64,000 nt of DNA. Origin: Patescibacteria group bacterium (GTDB lineage Bacteria; Patescibacteriota; Patescibacteriia; XYB2-FULL-38-15). The notes beneath the pieces are model-generated. The model was not told the origin of the DNA, did no database searches, and saw nothing but the letters and a program-made list of their open reading frames with translations. This document shows, piece by piece, positions 9,749 through 19,407 of this stretch; position 1 is the first letter of the stretch, and each line of letters starts with the position of its first letter. Where the stretch lies: assembly GCA_041650995.1 (NCBI GenBank), contig JBAZJZ010000001.1:71891-135890 (forward strand), in the 5' to 3' direction. A program made the position numbers and the translations under genes.

Positions 9749-10060
9749 ATGGGCAAAAACACATTCATGAAGGGTGCGCTCCTCGGGGCCCTTATTGGCA
9801 CGGCTGTCGCACTTTTCACAACTAAAAAAACCGGTAAACAAAGGCAGGAAGAATTTAAAAAAGCGCACCCGGAACTTTCCGCTAAAATTTTAGAAGCGGT
9901 TGGAAAAATGAAAGTGATGAGTAAAGAAAAGTATGATGAAATTGTGGAAAAGGCGGTTATGGAATATGGCAAAAGAAAGAATTTGGCAAAGACCCAAGTT
10001 GCGGCAGTTATAAAAGATCTGAAGGCAAAGTGGAGCGACGTCAAAAAACAGTTGAAGTAA
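9749..10060 (+). CDS. YtxH-domain protein
   Basis: GALLGALIGTAVALFTTKKTGKQRQ N-terminus. Confidence 0.75.
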   Translation: MGKNTFMKGALLGALIGTAVALFTTKKTGKQRQEEFKKAHPELSAKILEAVGKMKVMSKEKYDEIVEKAVMEYGKRKNLAKTQVAAVIKDLKAKWSDVKKQLK

Positions 10061-10242
10061 TTTTAAAAAGTAAGTCTGGGATTTAACCGGGCTTATTTTT
10101 TTATTTTTTTAATATTTTTAGCGGAAACAAACTTCCCCCTTGACTTCAGCGGGGATTGACAAAAATGGTAAAAAGATATAAGCTTTAAACATAAATTAGG
10201 CTAAAACAAAGCTTCATTTTGAATTTTCGGGAAATTTATTTT

Positions 10243-11760
10243 ATGAAGATAAAAGATAAGACAAAGTATAGAATATTGGAAATTATTCCAGGCGCACTCG
10301 TCTGGGTTACTTTTATTTTGGCAATTTTACTTTCTTTCTGGAAGCCGCTTTGGGTAATTTATTTTGTCATAGTTTTTTGTATTTATTGGCTTTTTCGCGT
10401 GCTTTATTTTGTTTTCTACATGGCGATTTCTTGGCGGCGTTTTAAAAAAGACGTGGGAACAAACTGGCGGGAAAAAGTTCAAAAATTGCCAGACTGGCAG
10501 AATTATTATCATCTAATAGTTTTACCGACGTCCAAAGAACCGATTGAGGTTTTGCGTTCCACTTTTGAAAATTTGGAAAACTCACATTATGCTTTGGATA
10601 AAATGATTGTGGTTTTTTCCGGAGAAGAAAGAAATAAAGAAATTTTTTCGCAGAATGCTGAAATAATTAAAAAAGAATTCGGCGATAAATTTTATCAGTT
10701 GCTTATTACCATGCACCCGGATAATTTGGTTGGAGAAATCAAGGGTAAGGGGGCAAACGCGCACTGGGCTGGATTTAAAGCCAAGGAATTGATTGATGAA
10801 CTTAAAATTCCTTACGAAAAAATTGTTGTCTCTTATTTTGACAGCGATACCTGCGTACATCCAGAATACTTTGCTTGCTTGGCGTATAAATATATTACTC
10901 ATCCTAAACGTGAGCACGCGGCTTTTCAGCCGGTGGCGCTTTATAATAACAATATTTGGGACTCAATGTCTCTGATGCGCGTCGCGGCCTTTGGTACAAC
11001 CTTTTGGCTTTTAACTGAACTCGCGAAACCCGATAGACTTTTTACTTTTTCTTCGCACAGCATTGCCTTCAAGGCGCTTGTTGATGTTGATTTTTGGCAG
11101 AAAGATGTTGTGACCGACGACTCAAGAATTTTTTTGCAATGTTTCATCCGTTATGGCGGAGATTTTGAAGTGGTGCCGATGTATGTCCCTGTTTCCATGG
11201 ATACGGTTATGGCAGAAACGCCTTGGCGGAGCTTAGTTAATCTTTATAAACAGCAGCGGCGTTGGGCTTGGGGAGTGGAGCATTTTCCTTACATGGTTTG
11301 GCATTTTTCCCGCGGAACTTTAAAAACCGACAAGGGAGAAATTTCGGTTCCTAGAATTCCTTTTTGGAAAAGAGTTAAATATCTCTGGAATTTAGGAGAG
11401 GGAATGTATTCCTGGGCAACCGCGCCGATCTTGATGTTTGTTTTAAGTAAATTACCGCTTTGGGTCGGAAAAGATGAAATTGGAACGACGGCATTTTTTC
11501 AAACCGCACCTCTTGTTTTAAAGTGGCTTTTGACCGCGGCAATGCTGGGCATGGTTGTTTCGGCAATTTTATTTTTATTTTTATTGCCGCCTCGACCAAA
11601 AAACCAAAGCCCGTTTAAATTTGTCATTATGCTTGTGCAGTGGGCATTGCTTCCGGTGTCTTTAATTTTGTTTGGCGCAATTCCGGCTGTTGAAGCGCAG
11701 ACAAGATTGATGCTCGGAAAGTATTTGGGTTTTTGGGTAACGGAAAAAGCGAGAAAGTAA
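10243..11760 (+). CDS. Membrane-embedded GT2 glycosyltransferase (processive-type)
   Basis: DSD motif, TDD, QQRRWAWG (QxxRW), flanking TMs. Confidence 0.85.
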   Translation: MKIKDKTKYRILEIIPGALVWVTFILAILLSFWKPLWVIYFVIVFCIYWLFRVLYFVFYMAISWRRFKKDVGTNWREKVQKLPDWQNYYHLIVLPTSKEPIEVLRSTFENLENSHYALDKMIVVFSGEERNKEIFSQNAEIIKKEFGDKFYQLLITMHPDNLVGEIKGKGANAHWAGFKAKELIDELKIPYEKIVVSYFDSDTCVHPEYFACLAYKYITHPKREHAAFQPVALYNNNIWDSMSLMRVAAFGTTFWLLTELAKPDRLFTFSSHSIAFKALVDVDFWQKDVVTDDSRIFLQCFIRYGGDFEVVPMYVPVSMDTVMAETPWRSLVNLYKQQRRWAWGVEHFPYMVWHFSRGTLKTDKGEISVPRIPFWKRVKYLWNLGEGMYSWATAPILMFVLSKLPLWVGKDEIGTTAFFQTAPLVLKWLLTAAMLGMVVSAILFLFLLPPRPKNQSPFKFVIMLVQWALLPVSLILFGAIPAVEAQTRLMLGKYLGFWVTEKARK

Positions 11761-11762
11761 TT

Positions 11763-12761
11763 ATGAAAGTTTCTATAAATTTAGTAACCTGGAACGGGAA
11801 AAAGTATTTACCACATTGCCTGGATTCGATTGCTAAACAAACTTTCCGCGATTTTTCATTATTTATTTTGGACAATGGTTCAACTGACGGCACAGTAGAA
11901 TATTTGAAAAATTCCTTATTGCCCGTTACCAACTGTCGACTGGAGTTTAATGAAGAAAATATCGGGTTTGCCGCCGGCCACAACCAGGCGATCCGCACGA
12001 CAGAGGGTGATTATGTTTTAATGTTGAATCAGGATATAATTTTGGAGCCAAATTTTTTGGAAGAAATAATTAAATTTTTAGATAATAATAAAGAGGTGGC
12101 GGCTGTAACAGGAAAACTTTTGTATTGGGATTTTGCCAATAACCAAAAAACAGATTTGATTGATTCTGTCGGCATAAAAATTTTTAAAAATCATCGGGCG
12201 ATTGAACTTGGGGCAGGGGAAATGGATTTGGAAGAATGGAGCGCGCCGCGGGAAGTGTTTGGTATATCTGGGGCAGCACCAGTTTATCGGAGGTCGGCTC
12301 TGAGCGAAGTGGCAATTAACGGTGAAATTTTTGATGAAGATTTTTTTAGTTATAAAGAAGATCTGGATCTTGCATATCGATTGCGGCTTGCCGGTTTTAA
12401 AGCGTGGTTAATACCCACGGCCAGAGGCTACCATGACAGATCCGCGAGGAGCATAGCTAAAACAGATTTTGCAGTAGTAAAAGCGCGAAAAAGTAAATCG
12501 TCTTTTGTTAATTATCACTCCTATAAAAATCATTTGTTTTTTCTTCTGAAAGATGTCCCGGTGGGAGTGTGGTGGCGCTACGGTTATCTAATAAAATGGT
12601 ATGAATTTAAAAAATTTATTTATCTTTTAATTTTTGAAACGAGAACACTTGGGAGTTTGGGGGAGTTTTTCAAGAAATTTTCCAGGATGTGGAAAAAAAG
12701 AAAATGGATTATGAAAAATAAAAAGGCGGATATGGCGGAAATAAAAAAATGGTTTTCTTAA
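11763..12761 (+). CDS. GT2 glycosyltransferase
   Basis: DNGSTDGT, NIGFAAGHN, LNQD, FDEDFFSYKEDLDL. Confidence 0.9.
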   Translation: MKVSINLVTWNGKKYLPHCLDSIAKQTFRDFSLFILDNGSTDGTVEYLKNSLLPVTNCRLEFNEENIGFAAGHNQAIRTTEGDYVLMLNQDIILEPNFLEEIIKFLDNNKEVAAVTGKLLYWDFANNQKTDLIDSVGIKIFKNHRAIELGAGEMDLEEWSAPREVFGISGAAPVYRRSALSEVAINGEIFDEDFFSYKEDLDLAYRLRLAGFKAWLIPTARGYHDRSARSIAKTDFAVVKARKSKSSFVNYHSYKNHLFFLLKDVPVGVWWRYGYLIKWYEFKKFIYLLIFETRTLGSLGEFFKKFSRMWKKRKWIMKNKKADMAEIKKWFS

Positions 12762-12764
12762 AAT

Positions 12765-13571
12765 ATGGACTTATCAATCATCATTTTAAATTACAAAGCG
12801 CGAGGACTCCTAAAGGAATGTCTAAAGGGCATTGAAATGGTTCAGCCGAAATTGGATTATGAAATTATTGTGGTTGATAATGCCTCGGGCGATGGAACAG
12901 CCGCGATGATGCGCGAAAATTTTCCGGATATTAATTTTATCTCTTCGGAAGAAAATTTGGGGTATGCCAAGGGAAATAATTTGGGAATACAAAAGGCAAG
13001 CGGTCGTTATGTGATGATTATGAATCCGGATATTATTGTTTTTTCCGGTGTTCTTGAAAAATTAATCCAGTTTTTAGACGAGAGGCAGGACGTGGGAATT
13101 GTCGGACCGAAACTCTTAAATCCAGACAAATCATTGCAATATTCTTGTTATCGTTTTCCAGATTTTTGGGAACCGGTTTACCGCCGAACGCCGCTCGGCC
13201 GGTTTAATTTTGCTAAAAAGAAACTGGATCAATATTTTATGAAAGATTTTGATCATAATTCCGCGAAAGAAGTTGATTGGCTTTTAGGCGGTTGTCTTTT
13301 AATCCGGCGCAAGGCTCTGGAAGATGTTGGTTTTTTGGATGAAAGATATTTTGCTTATTTTGATGATGTTGATTTATGCAGAAGTATGTGGGAGAAAAAA
13401 TGGAAGGTGGTTTATGATCCAGAAATTTCCGTGATTCATTTCCATCGTCGCGAATCAGCCGAAGGAAATTGGTGGAGCGCAATTTTTAAAAAAGTTACAA
13501 GAATCCATTTGGCAAGCTGGCTGAAATATTTTAAAAAATGGGGGAGAAAAACAACAGCAACGGAAAGATAA
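12765..13571 (+). CDS. GT2 glycosyltransferase (WbbL/rhamnosyltransferase-like)
   Basis: VVDNASGDGT, NLGYAKGNN, NPD, LDERYFAYFDDVDLC. Confidence 0.9.
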   Translation: MDLSIIILNYKARGLLKECLKGIEMVQPKLDYEIIVVDNASGDGTAAMMRENFPDINFISSEENLGYAKGNNLGIQKASGRYVMIMNPDIIVFSGVLEKLIQFLDERQDVGIVGPKLLNPDKSLQYSCYRFPDFWEPVYRRTPLGRFNFAKKKLDQYFMKDFDHNSAKEVDWLLGGCLLIRRKALEDVGFLDERYFAYFDDVDLCRSMWEKKWKVVYDPEISVIHFHRRESAEGNWWSAIFKKVTRIHLASWLKYFKKWGRKTTATER

Positions 13572-13589
13572 AAAATAATTGTAAAATTT

Positions 13590-15587
13590 ATGAATTTTAG
13601 GGGGACCAATTTTTTGGATATTGTTCGTCCGGCCAGGGCGGAGCGGCGGCGGGCAATTTTGTTTATTAAAATTTTACTTTACTCTTTTGTTGCGGTAGTG
13701 GCCGTGAGTTTAATTTTAGTTGGTATTTATTTTGGAACCGCTCGCAAAGTTTACAGCTTGTCGGATCAAGGAAAACAAAATTTAGAATTGGCTTCAAATG
13801 AAATTTCTGCGTTGAATTTAGCAAAAGCTGGGATGTATTTAGCGGAGGCGGAAAGTAATTTTAGCGAAGCCGCGGGAAGCTTTAATAAATTAAAATTTTT
13901 GAGTAAAATTCCTTGGGTTGGAAATCAGTATGATGCCGCTTCGGGTTTGCTTCAGTCGGGAATCCAGACCTCGTCAGCTCTTCGCGATCTTGTAGGTGTG
14001 GCAGAAGAAATTATAAGTGTCATGGGAGACGCGGAAGCGTTGGTGCAGGGAATTCCATCAATTTCCAGCGAAACAAGTTTCGCGGAAATTAGCCCGGAAA
14101 AAAAGCGCGAGCTTTTACAAAAACTCTTTGAGTCGCCGCCACGCCTTCAGGGAGCAAAAGCAAAAATAGATTTGGCGTTGCTCGCGCTCGACCAAATTAA
14201 CGAAGATGATGTTGCGGGTCAGATTTTAAAAATTTTAGCGCCGGTGAGAGAAGCTTTGTTAAAAGTTCAAGGAATACTTGTTAAAGCAATTCCCGCGGCG
14301 GAAATTTTGCCAAAAATTGCCGGTTATCCGGAAGGTAAAACTTATCTTTTTCTTTTGCAAAATAGTGACGAACTCCGGCCGACAGGCGGATTTATTGGGA
14401 CTTACGGAATTGTAAAGGTAAAAGACGGCAATGTGGAAATATTTGATACGGACAATGTTTATGCTCTAGACGGGGCAGCGGCAAGCTATTTGCGAATTAC
14501 GCCTCCCGCTCCAATTATAAAATATTTAAGAGTTAATGCATGGTTTTTGCGCGACTCAAATTGGTCGCCGGATTTTCCGACCGCGGCGGCGCAAGCTGAA
14601 TGGTTTTATAAGGCCGAAGGCGGCAGGGAGAAAAAAATTGATGCCGTGATTGCTGTTACGCCGACTTTTATTGAAAATATTTTGCGCCAGATCGGCAATA
14701 TTGAAATGGACGGAGAAACTTTCACCCCGGAAAATTTGATGGATGTTCTTCAATATAAAGTGGAAAAAGAATATTATGAAAAAGGAATTCCGGAAATTCA
14801 AAGGAAAGACATCGTTGGTGATTTAGGAGAAAAGATTTTTGATCGTCTAACAAGTCTTCCGTCATCGCGTTGGTCAAGTCTTTTTAAAGTTGCCGACCAA
14901 GCCTTAATCGAAAAACATCTTCTTATTTGGAGTGAGGATCAAGAATTACAATCAATCATTGTCCGCGAAGGTTGGAGCGGAAAAATTTTGGAAACAAGCG
15001 GAGACTATCTCTCGGTTATTGATGCAAATTTAGCTGCCTACAAAACCGATGGTGTAATGGATAAAAAAATAAATTATTCTTTGTCAAATGATTCGTCGGG
15101 AAATCTTCGCGCTAAAGTAGAAATTAATTACAGAAACAACGGCTCATTCACTTGGAAAACTACGCGCTATAGAACTTACACTAGAATTTATGTTCCGGAA
15201 GGGAGTGTTTTAATTGGTGGCAGCGGCATGCTGGAGAATGATAAAATTTTTAATCCGTCTGGACGACCGGGAAAAATTGATGTTGGAGAGGAGGCGGGAA
15301 AAACTTATTTTGGCGCTTTCATTTCTATTGAACCGGGAAAAGAGGGAACACTAAGTTTTGAATACGCTTTGCCGGAAAAAATTAATGATCAAGTTAATCA
15401 GGGGCTGTATAAATTATTAGTTCAAAAACAATCCGGCACTATCGCTCATCCCTTGACTTTAAACCTTAATTTTGGTAAAAATATTAAACAAGCCAGTCCG
15501 GCGGAAGAGCAGAAAAATTGGGGAGATGCGGTATACAAATTACAGACTAATTTAAGAGAAGATAAAACAATTGAAGTCGGATTTTAA
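13590..15587 (+). CDS. DUF4012-domain membrane-anchored protein
   Basis: YLFLLQNSDELRPTGGFIG and RDSNWSPDFP motifs. Confidence 0.88.
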   Translation: MNFRGTNFLDIVRPARAERRRAILFIKILLYSFVAVVAVSLILVGIYFGTARKVYSLSDQGKQNLELASNEISALNLAKAGMYLAEAESNFSEAAGSFNKLKFLSKIPWVGNQYDAASGLLQSGIQTSSALRDLVGVAEEIISVMGDAEALVQGIPSISSETSFAEISPEKKRELLQKLFESPPRLQGAKAKIDLALLALDQINEDDVAGQILKILAPVREALLKVQGILVKAIPAAEILPKIAGYPEGKTYLFLLQNSDELRPTGGFIGTYGIVKVKDGNVEIFDTDNVYALDGAAASYLRITPPAPIIKYLRVNAWFLRDSNWSPDFPTAAAQAEWFYKAEGGREKKIDAVIAVTPTFIENILRQIGNIEMDGETFTPENLMDVLQYKVEKEYYEKGIPEIQRKDIVGDLGEKIFDRLTSLPSSRWSSLFKVADQALIEKHLLIWSEDQELQSIIVREGWSGKILETSGDYLSVIDANLAAYKTDGVMDKKINYSLSNDSSGNLRAKVEINYRNNGSFTWKTTRYRTYTRIYVPEGSVLIGGSGMLENDKIFNPSGRPGKIDVGEEAGKTYFGAFISIEPGKEGTLSFEYALPEKINDQVNQGLYKLLVQKQSGTIAHPLTLNLNFGKNIKQASPAEEQKNWGDAVYKLQTNLREDKTIEVGF

Positions 15588-15598
15588 ATAAGAGATTT

Positions 15599-16606
15599 AT
15601 GCTTCGTAAGAAAATCGGCATTGACCTTGGAACAACAAACGTCCTGGTTCATGTTCCAAGAAGGGGAATTATTATTAACGAGCCGTCGGTTGTCGCGCTT
15701 TCTGTTTCTGATAGAAAAATTTTGGCTGTTGGCCATGAAGCAAAAGAAATGCTCGGTCGCACCCCAGAGACGATTGTCGCGCGCCGTCCGCTGAAAGACG
15801 GCGTGATTGCCGATTACAAAACAACGGAGACCATGCTTAGATATTTTATTAATAAAGCTTTGGGTGGCATGCGACTTTTCCGCCCGGAAGTAATGGTGGC
15901 TGTACCAGCGGGAATTACCTCCACGGAAAAAAGAGCGGTAATTGACGCGACGATTACGGCCGGAGCCAAGGCGGCATATGTTATTAAAGAGCCGGTGGTA
16001 GCCGCGATCGGCGCTAATATTCCAATCGGCAGCGCCTCGGGCCACATGATTATTGATATCGGCGGCGGCACGTCGGAAATGGCCGTGATTTCTCTCGGCG
16101 GGATTGTTTCTTCCGCGTCAGTTCGAATTGGCGGAAATAAATTGGATATGGCTCTAGCTGAGTTTGTCCGCCGAAAATACGGTTTGGCCATTGGCGAGAG
16201 AACGGCCGAGCAAATTAAAATAGAAATTGGTTCAGCTCTGTATCTTGAAGATAAATTAAGAATGGAAGTGCGCGGCAGAGATATGATTACGGGTTTGCCG
16301 CGAACGATTATTGTTACTTCCGATGACGTGACTGATGCTTTGGGAAACGAGCTAGAAGGCATTATTGCCGCGGTTAAAGAAGTTTTATATAACACTCCGC
16401 CAGAACTTTCTGCCGACGTGATTGACAAGGGGATTGTTCTTTCCGGCGGGACAGCGCTTCTTAGAAATCTTGATCAATTAATTTCCCAGGCGACTGGAAT
16501 TCCTACTTACGTGGCAAATGATCCTTTGCTTTGCGTGGCAAAAGGAACAGGTATTGCCTTGGAAAATTTGGAATCTTACAAGAAGAGTATTTTGGCGACG
16601 AAGTAA
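15599..16606 (+). CDS. mreB: Rod shape-determining protein MreB
   Basis: [37 protein letters not shown]. Confidence 0.95.
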   Translation: MLRKKIGIDLGTTNVLVHVPRRGIIINEPSVVALSVSDRKILAVGHEAKEMLGRTPETIVARRPLKDGVIADYKTTETMLRYFINKALGGMRLFRPEVMVAVPAGITSTEKRAVIDATITAGAKAAYVIKEPVVAAIGANIPIGSASGHMIIDIGGGTSEMAVISLGGIVSSASVRIGGNKLDMALAEFVRRKYGLAIGERTAEQIKIEIGSALYLEDKLRMEVRGRDMITGLPRTIIVTSDDVTDALGNELEGIIAAVKEVLYNTPPELSADVIDKGIVLSGGTALLRNLDQLISQATGIPTYVANDPLLCVAKGTGIALENLESYKKSILATK

Positions 16607-16621
16607 AAATAATATTTACAC

Positions 16622-17740
16622 ATGACGATTGGTATCGACGCCTCGCGCGCCAATAAAATCGAAAAAACCGGTACTGAGTGGTATTCTTATCATTTAATCC
16701 AGGAATTAAAAAAAATTACTGATCAAAAAGATCAGTTTATTTTGTATTCGCGGGAAAAATTGAGAAGTGAGTTGGGAGAATTGCCATCAAACTGGCAGAA
16801 CCGTGTTTTAAATTGGTCGCCCCAAAAATTATGGACGCAGGTGCGATTTTCCGCTGAAATGTGGCAGAGGCCGCCGGAGCTGCTTTTTGTTCCCGCCCAC
16901 ATTCTTCCAACGATTCGTCCGGAAAAAGTTGTGACAACTTGCCATGATGTCGCATTTCTCCGGTTGCCGCAAGTTTACGATTGGGCGGCTTTAAAATATC
17001 AGAAGTTAGCCGTGAAGTTTGCTATTCGCCACGCGACAAAAATTATTGCCGTTTCGGAATTTACAAAAAGTGAACTTGTAGAATTTTTTAAAATTTCTCC
17101 GGAGCGGATCGTAGTCGTGTCGAACGGTTACGACAGCGAACGGTATAAAATAATTGAGGATAGGGGAGAAGTGGAAAAAGTTTTAATAAAATATAATATT
17201 CGTGGCTCATACGTTTTATATACTGGCCGTTTGGAATTGAAAAAAAATATTCCAGGATTGATTGAGGCATTTAAAATTTTGAAAAAAAATTACAAACAGC
17301 CATTGAAATTAGTTTTGGTCGGCCAGCCGGGTTTTGGTTTTGAAAAAGTTACAAAAGCGATAATAGAAAATAATTTGTCCGATGAAATAATTATACCCGG
17401 CTGGGTGGGAAAAGACGATTTGCCATACTTAATGAACGGCGCGACAGCTTTTGTTTTTCCATCTCTTTACGAGGGTTTTGGCATTCCGGTTTTGGAAGCT
17501 ATGGCTTGTGGTACGCCGGTTGTTGCTTCTGGAATTCCCGCGCTTCGCGAGGTAGCGGGCGAGGCGGCGTATTTGGTTGACCCGTATTCCGTAGAAAATA
17601 TTGCCGAGGGGATGAATCGCGTTTTAACTGATGAACATTTACGAGAAGGTTTAAAAATCCGCGGGCTTCGGCGGGTAAAAGATTTTAGTTGGGAAAGGTG
17701 TGCGCGGGAAACGTGGAAAGTTTTAGAAAGTATAAAATAA
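16622..17740 (+). CDS. GT4 (group 1) glycosyltransferase
   Basis: FVFPSLYEGFGIPVLEAMACGTPV. Confidence 0.92.
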   Translation: MTIGIDASRANKIEKTGTEWYSYHLIQELKKITDQKDQFILYSREKLRSELGELPSNWQNRVLNWSPQKLWTQVRFSAEMWQRPPELLFVPAHILPTIRPEKVVTTCHDVAFLRLPQVYDWAALKYQKLAVKFAIRHATKIIAVSEFTKSELVEFFKISPERIVVVSNGYDSERYKIIEDRGEVEKVLIKYNIRGSYVLYTGRLELKKNIPGLIEAFKILKKNYKQPLKLVLVGQPGFGFEKVTKAIIENNLSDEIIIPGWVGKDDLPYLMNGATAFVFPSLYEGFGIPVLEAMACGTPVVASGIPALREVAGEAAYLVDPYSVENIAEGMNRVLTDEHLREGLKIRGLRRVKDFSWERCARETWKVLESIK

Positions 17741-17846
17741 AAAAAGAGAGGCCCGTCCGCAATTAGGATTTAGAGTCCTATTCGCAGGCAGACCTCAATG
17801 GGTGGGATAGAAGAGTCCCGAGAATCGAGACTCAGGCGGGAACGAA

Positions 17847-18101
17847 CTAGTAGAGATCGTCGGCGGGATCCTCGAGCTGCCCGCCGGTGGCGAGCAGTCG
17901 GATGTGGTCATCATCGCTGGCCCAGGCGATCGCGCGGTCGCGGTCGCGGGTCTGGCGCCAGACACCGTCGGGGTCCCTCTCCAGGTCGGCGGGGTCGTCC
18001 TCGCCGTCCTCACCACGCAGATCGGGCGGAAGCAGTTCGCGCAGTTCCTCGGACAGTTCGCCGCGGTTCAAGTCGCACTCCGCGAAACGTCGGCAAGCCA
18101 T
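17847..18101 (-). CDS. Small acidic GC-rich hypothetical protein (84 aa, MACRRFAECD...)
   Basis: ATG preceded by GGAAGGAGGAG SD on - strand. Confidence 0.55.
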   Translation of the reverse strand: MACRRFAECDLNRGELSEELRELLPPDLRGEDGEDDPADLERDPDGVWRQTRDRDRAIAWASDDDHIRLLATGGQLEDPADDLY

Positions 18102-18240
18102 TCTTCCCACTCCTCCTTCCCAACTCCGCTCGGATGAGCGAAGTGATGACCTCCTCCTGATAGCCATCCAGTTGCGTAGAAATTTTTTTCTAACCAACTG
18201 GATAATTATCAGGTTTATCCGCCGAAAAGGCGGGATTTTT

Positions 18241-18501
18241 AAAAAAAGTAGGGGCTTCAAGACTCGCGTCCATCCACCCCCTTGTCATCGCATTGCGCGA
18301 TATCTTCCCGTTACGGGAAGGGCATTCGGCTTTCCTCCCTCTGCTTGATGCGGGTGTCTGCCGCTGAATGTGGTCCAGAACACCCTGGTAGTGGCCTTGG
18401 CGGCTGCCAGCAGCGATAGCGTAATTTCGCCATCACCGTGGTCAGCGCCTTGGCCGTTTGCAATGCCTCATCGCCGTGACAGAGCTTCCCCACGTTCGGT
18501 G
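18241..18501 (-). ncRNA. Candidate structured ncRNA B (about 260 nt), family unknown
   Basis: Promoter at 18507-18535 (- strand), GC-rich hairpins (CTTCCCG-TAA-CGGGAAG, GATGGCG..CGCTATC, GGGTGT..ACACCC), ends in stem + T7; no SD-led ORF. Confidence 0.55.
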
Positions 18502-18506
18502 CCTTT

Positions 18507-18535
18507 ACTTTAACATATTTTAATAATTTTGTCAA
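18507..18535 (-). promoter_or_regulatory. Sigma70-like promoter for RNA B
   Basis: TTGACA-17 bp-TAAAGT with extended TG. Confidence 0.65.
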
Positions 18536-18640
18536 GAGTTGTTGACAAAATATACAAAAAGCCCTAAGTTTATAGGGCTTTTCTTTATTCTTTATTTATG
18601 TTATGATAGGTGAATAATTAAATAAAAATTGTTAATATTT

Positions 18641-19399
18641 ATGTTGGAAAAAGAATTACAAAAATTAGGCTTATCAGATAAAGAAGCCAAGGTTTATTTA
18701 TCTTCAATGGAACTTGGCCCATCGCCGGTGCAAAGCATCTCGAGTAAAGCTGGCGTAAATCGTGCTACAACTTATGTGATGATTGAATCGCTAATCGGTC
18801 GCGGTTTGATGAGCTCTTTTGAAAAAGGAAAAAAGAGATTTTTTACGGCCGAGTCTCCAGATCAACTCCTCGCTATTCTTCACAAAGAGGAATTGGAGGC
18901 AAAAGAAAAAACGCGGCAATTTGAAGGAATTTTGCCGGAGTTAAAAATTCTTTTTTCTGCCGCAGAAGAAAAACCCCGTTTGAGATTTTTTGAGGGCATT
19001 GAAGGTCTTAAGGCTATTCAGGAGGATATATTGAAATCAAAATTTGAAAGTTTTGAAGAGGTCGTTGCTCTAGATGAATTTTATAAAATTTTTCCTCCTG
19101 ATGATAAGGATCATAGAAAAAAGTTAGCCGTTAAGACAGAAAAGATGTTAGTGAGGATTATTTATACTGGAGCTAAAGGAAAAGTTTTAGCAGCAAAAGA
19201 AGGGTTGAAAGAAAGAAGATATATTCCACCGGAAAAATTTCCGTTTTCTACAGATATTGTGATTTATGGGACTAAAGTTGCAATCGGAGTTTGTAGAGGT
19301 AAAATTATAGGAGTAATTATTGAAAGTAAAGAGGTCAGTGAGGCTTTGCGCGCGATTTTTAATTTGGCCTGGGAGGGTGCAGAAAAATATCAAAAGTAA
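18641..19399 (+). CDS. TrmB-family transcriptional regulator
   Basis: LQKLGLSDKEAKVYL..wHTH..RATTY..L...GL; RFFEGIEG; IYGTKVAI..IIES....ALRAIFNLAW. Confidence 0.88.
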   Translation: MLEKELQKLGLSDKEAKVYLSSMELGPSPVQSISSKAGVNRATTYVMIESLIGRGLMSSFEKGKKRFFTAESPDQLLAILHKEELEAKEKTRQFEGILPELKILFSAAEEKPRLRFFEGIEGLKAIQEDILKSKFESFEEVVALDEFYKIFPPDDKDHRKKLAVKTEKMLVRIIYTGAKGKVLAAKEGLKERRYIPPEKFPFSTDIVIYGTKVAIGVCRGKIIGVIIESKEVSEALRAIFNLAWEGAEKYQK

Positions 19400-19407
19400 A
19401 ATTAAAT

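Noticed and set aside
18326-18345. RNase P RNA (GAGGAAAGCC on - strand resembles GAGGAAAGTCC)
   Set aside because: The motif is imperfect, lies in the 3' half rather than near the 5' end, and the matching 3' P4 strand was not found
18440-18447. Additional 8-10-nt matches among RNAs A, B and C (e.g. GGTCAGCG/CGCTGACC, CGCGATGGCG, CGCAGTTCGC)
   Set aside because: Lengths are at chance level for GC-rich sequences of this size
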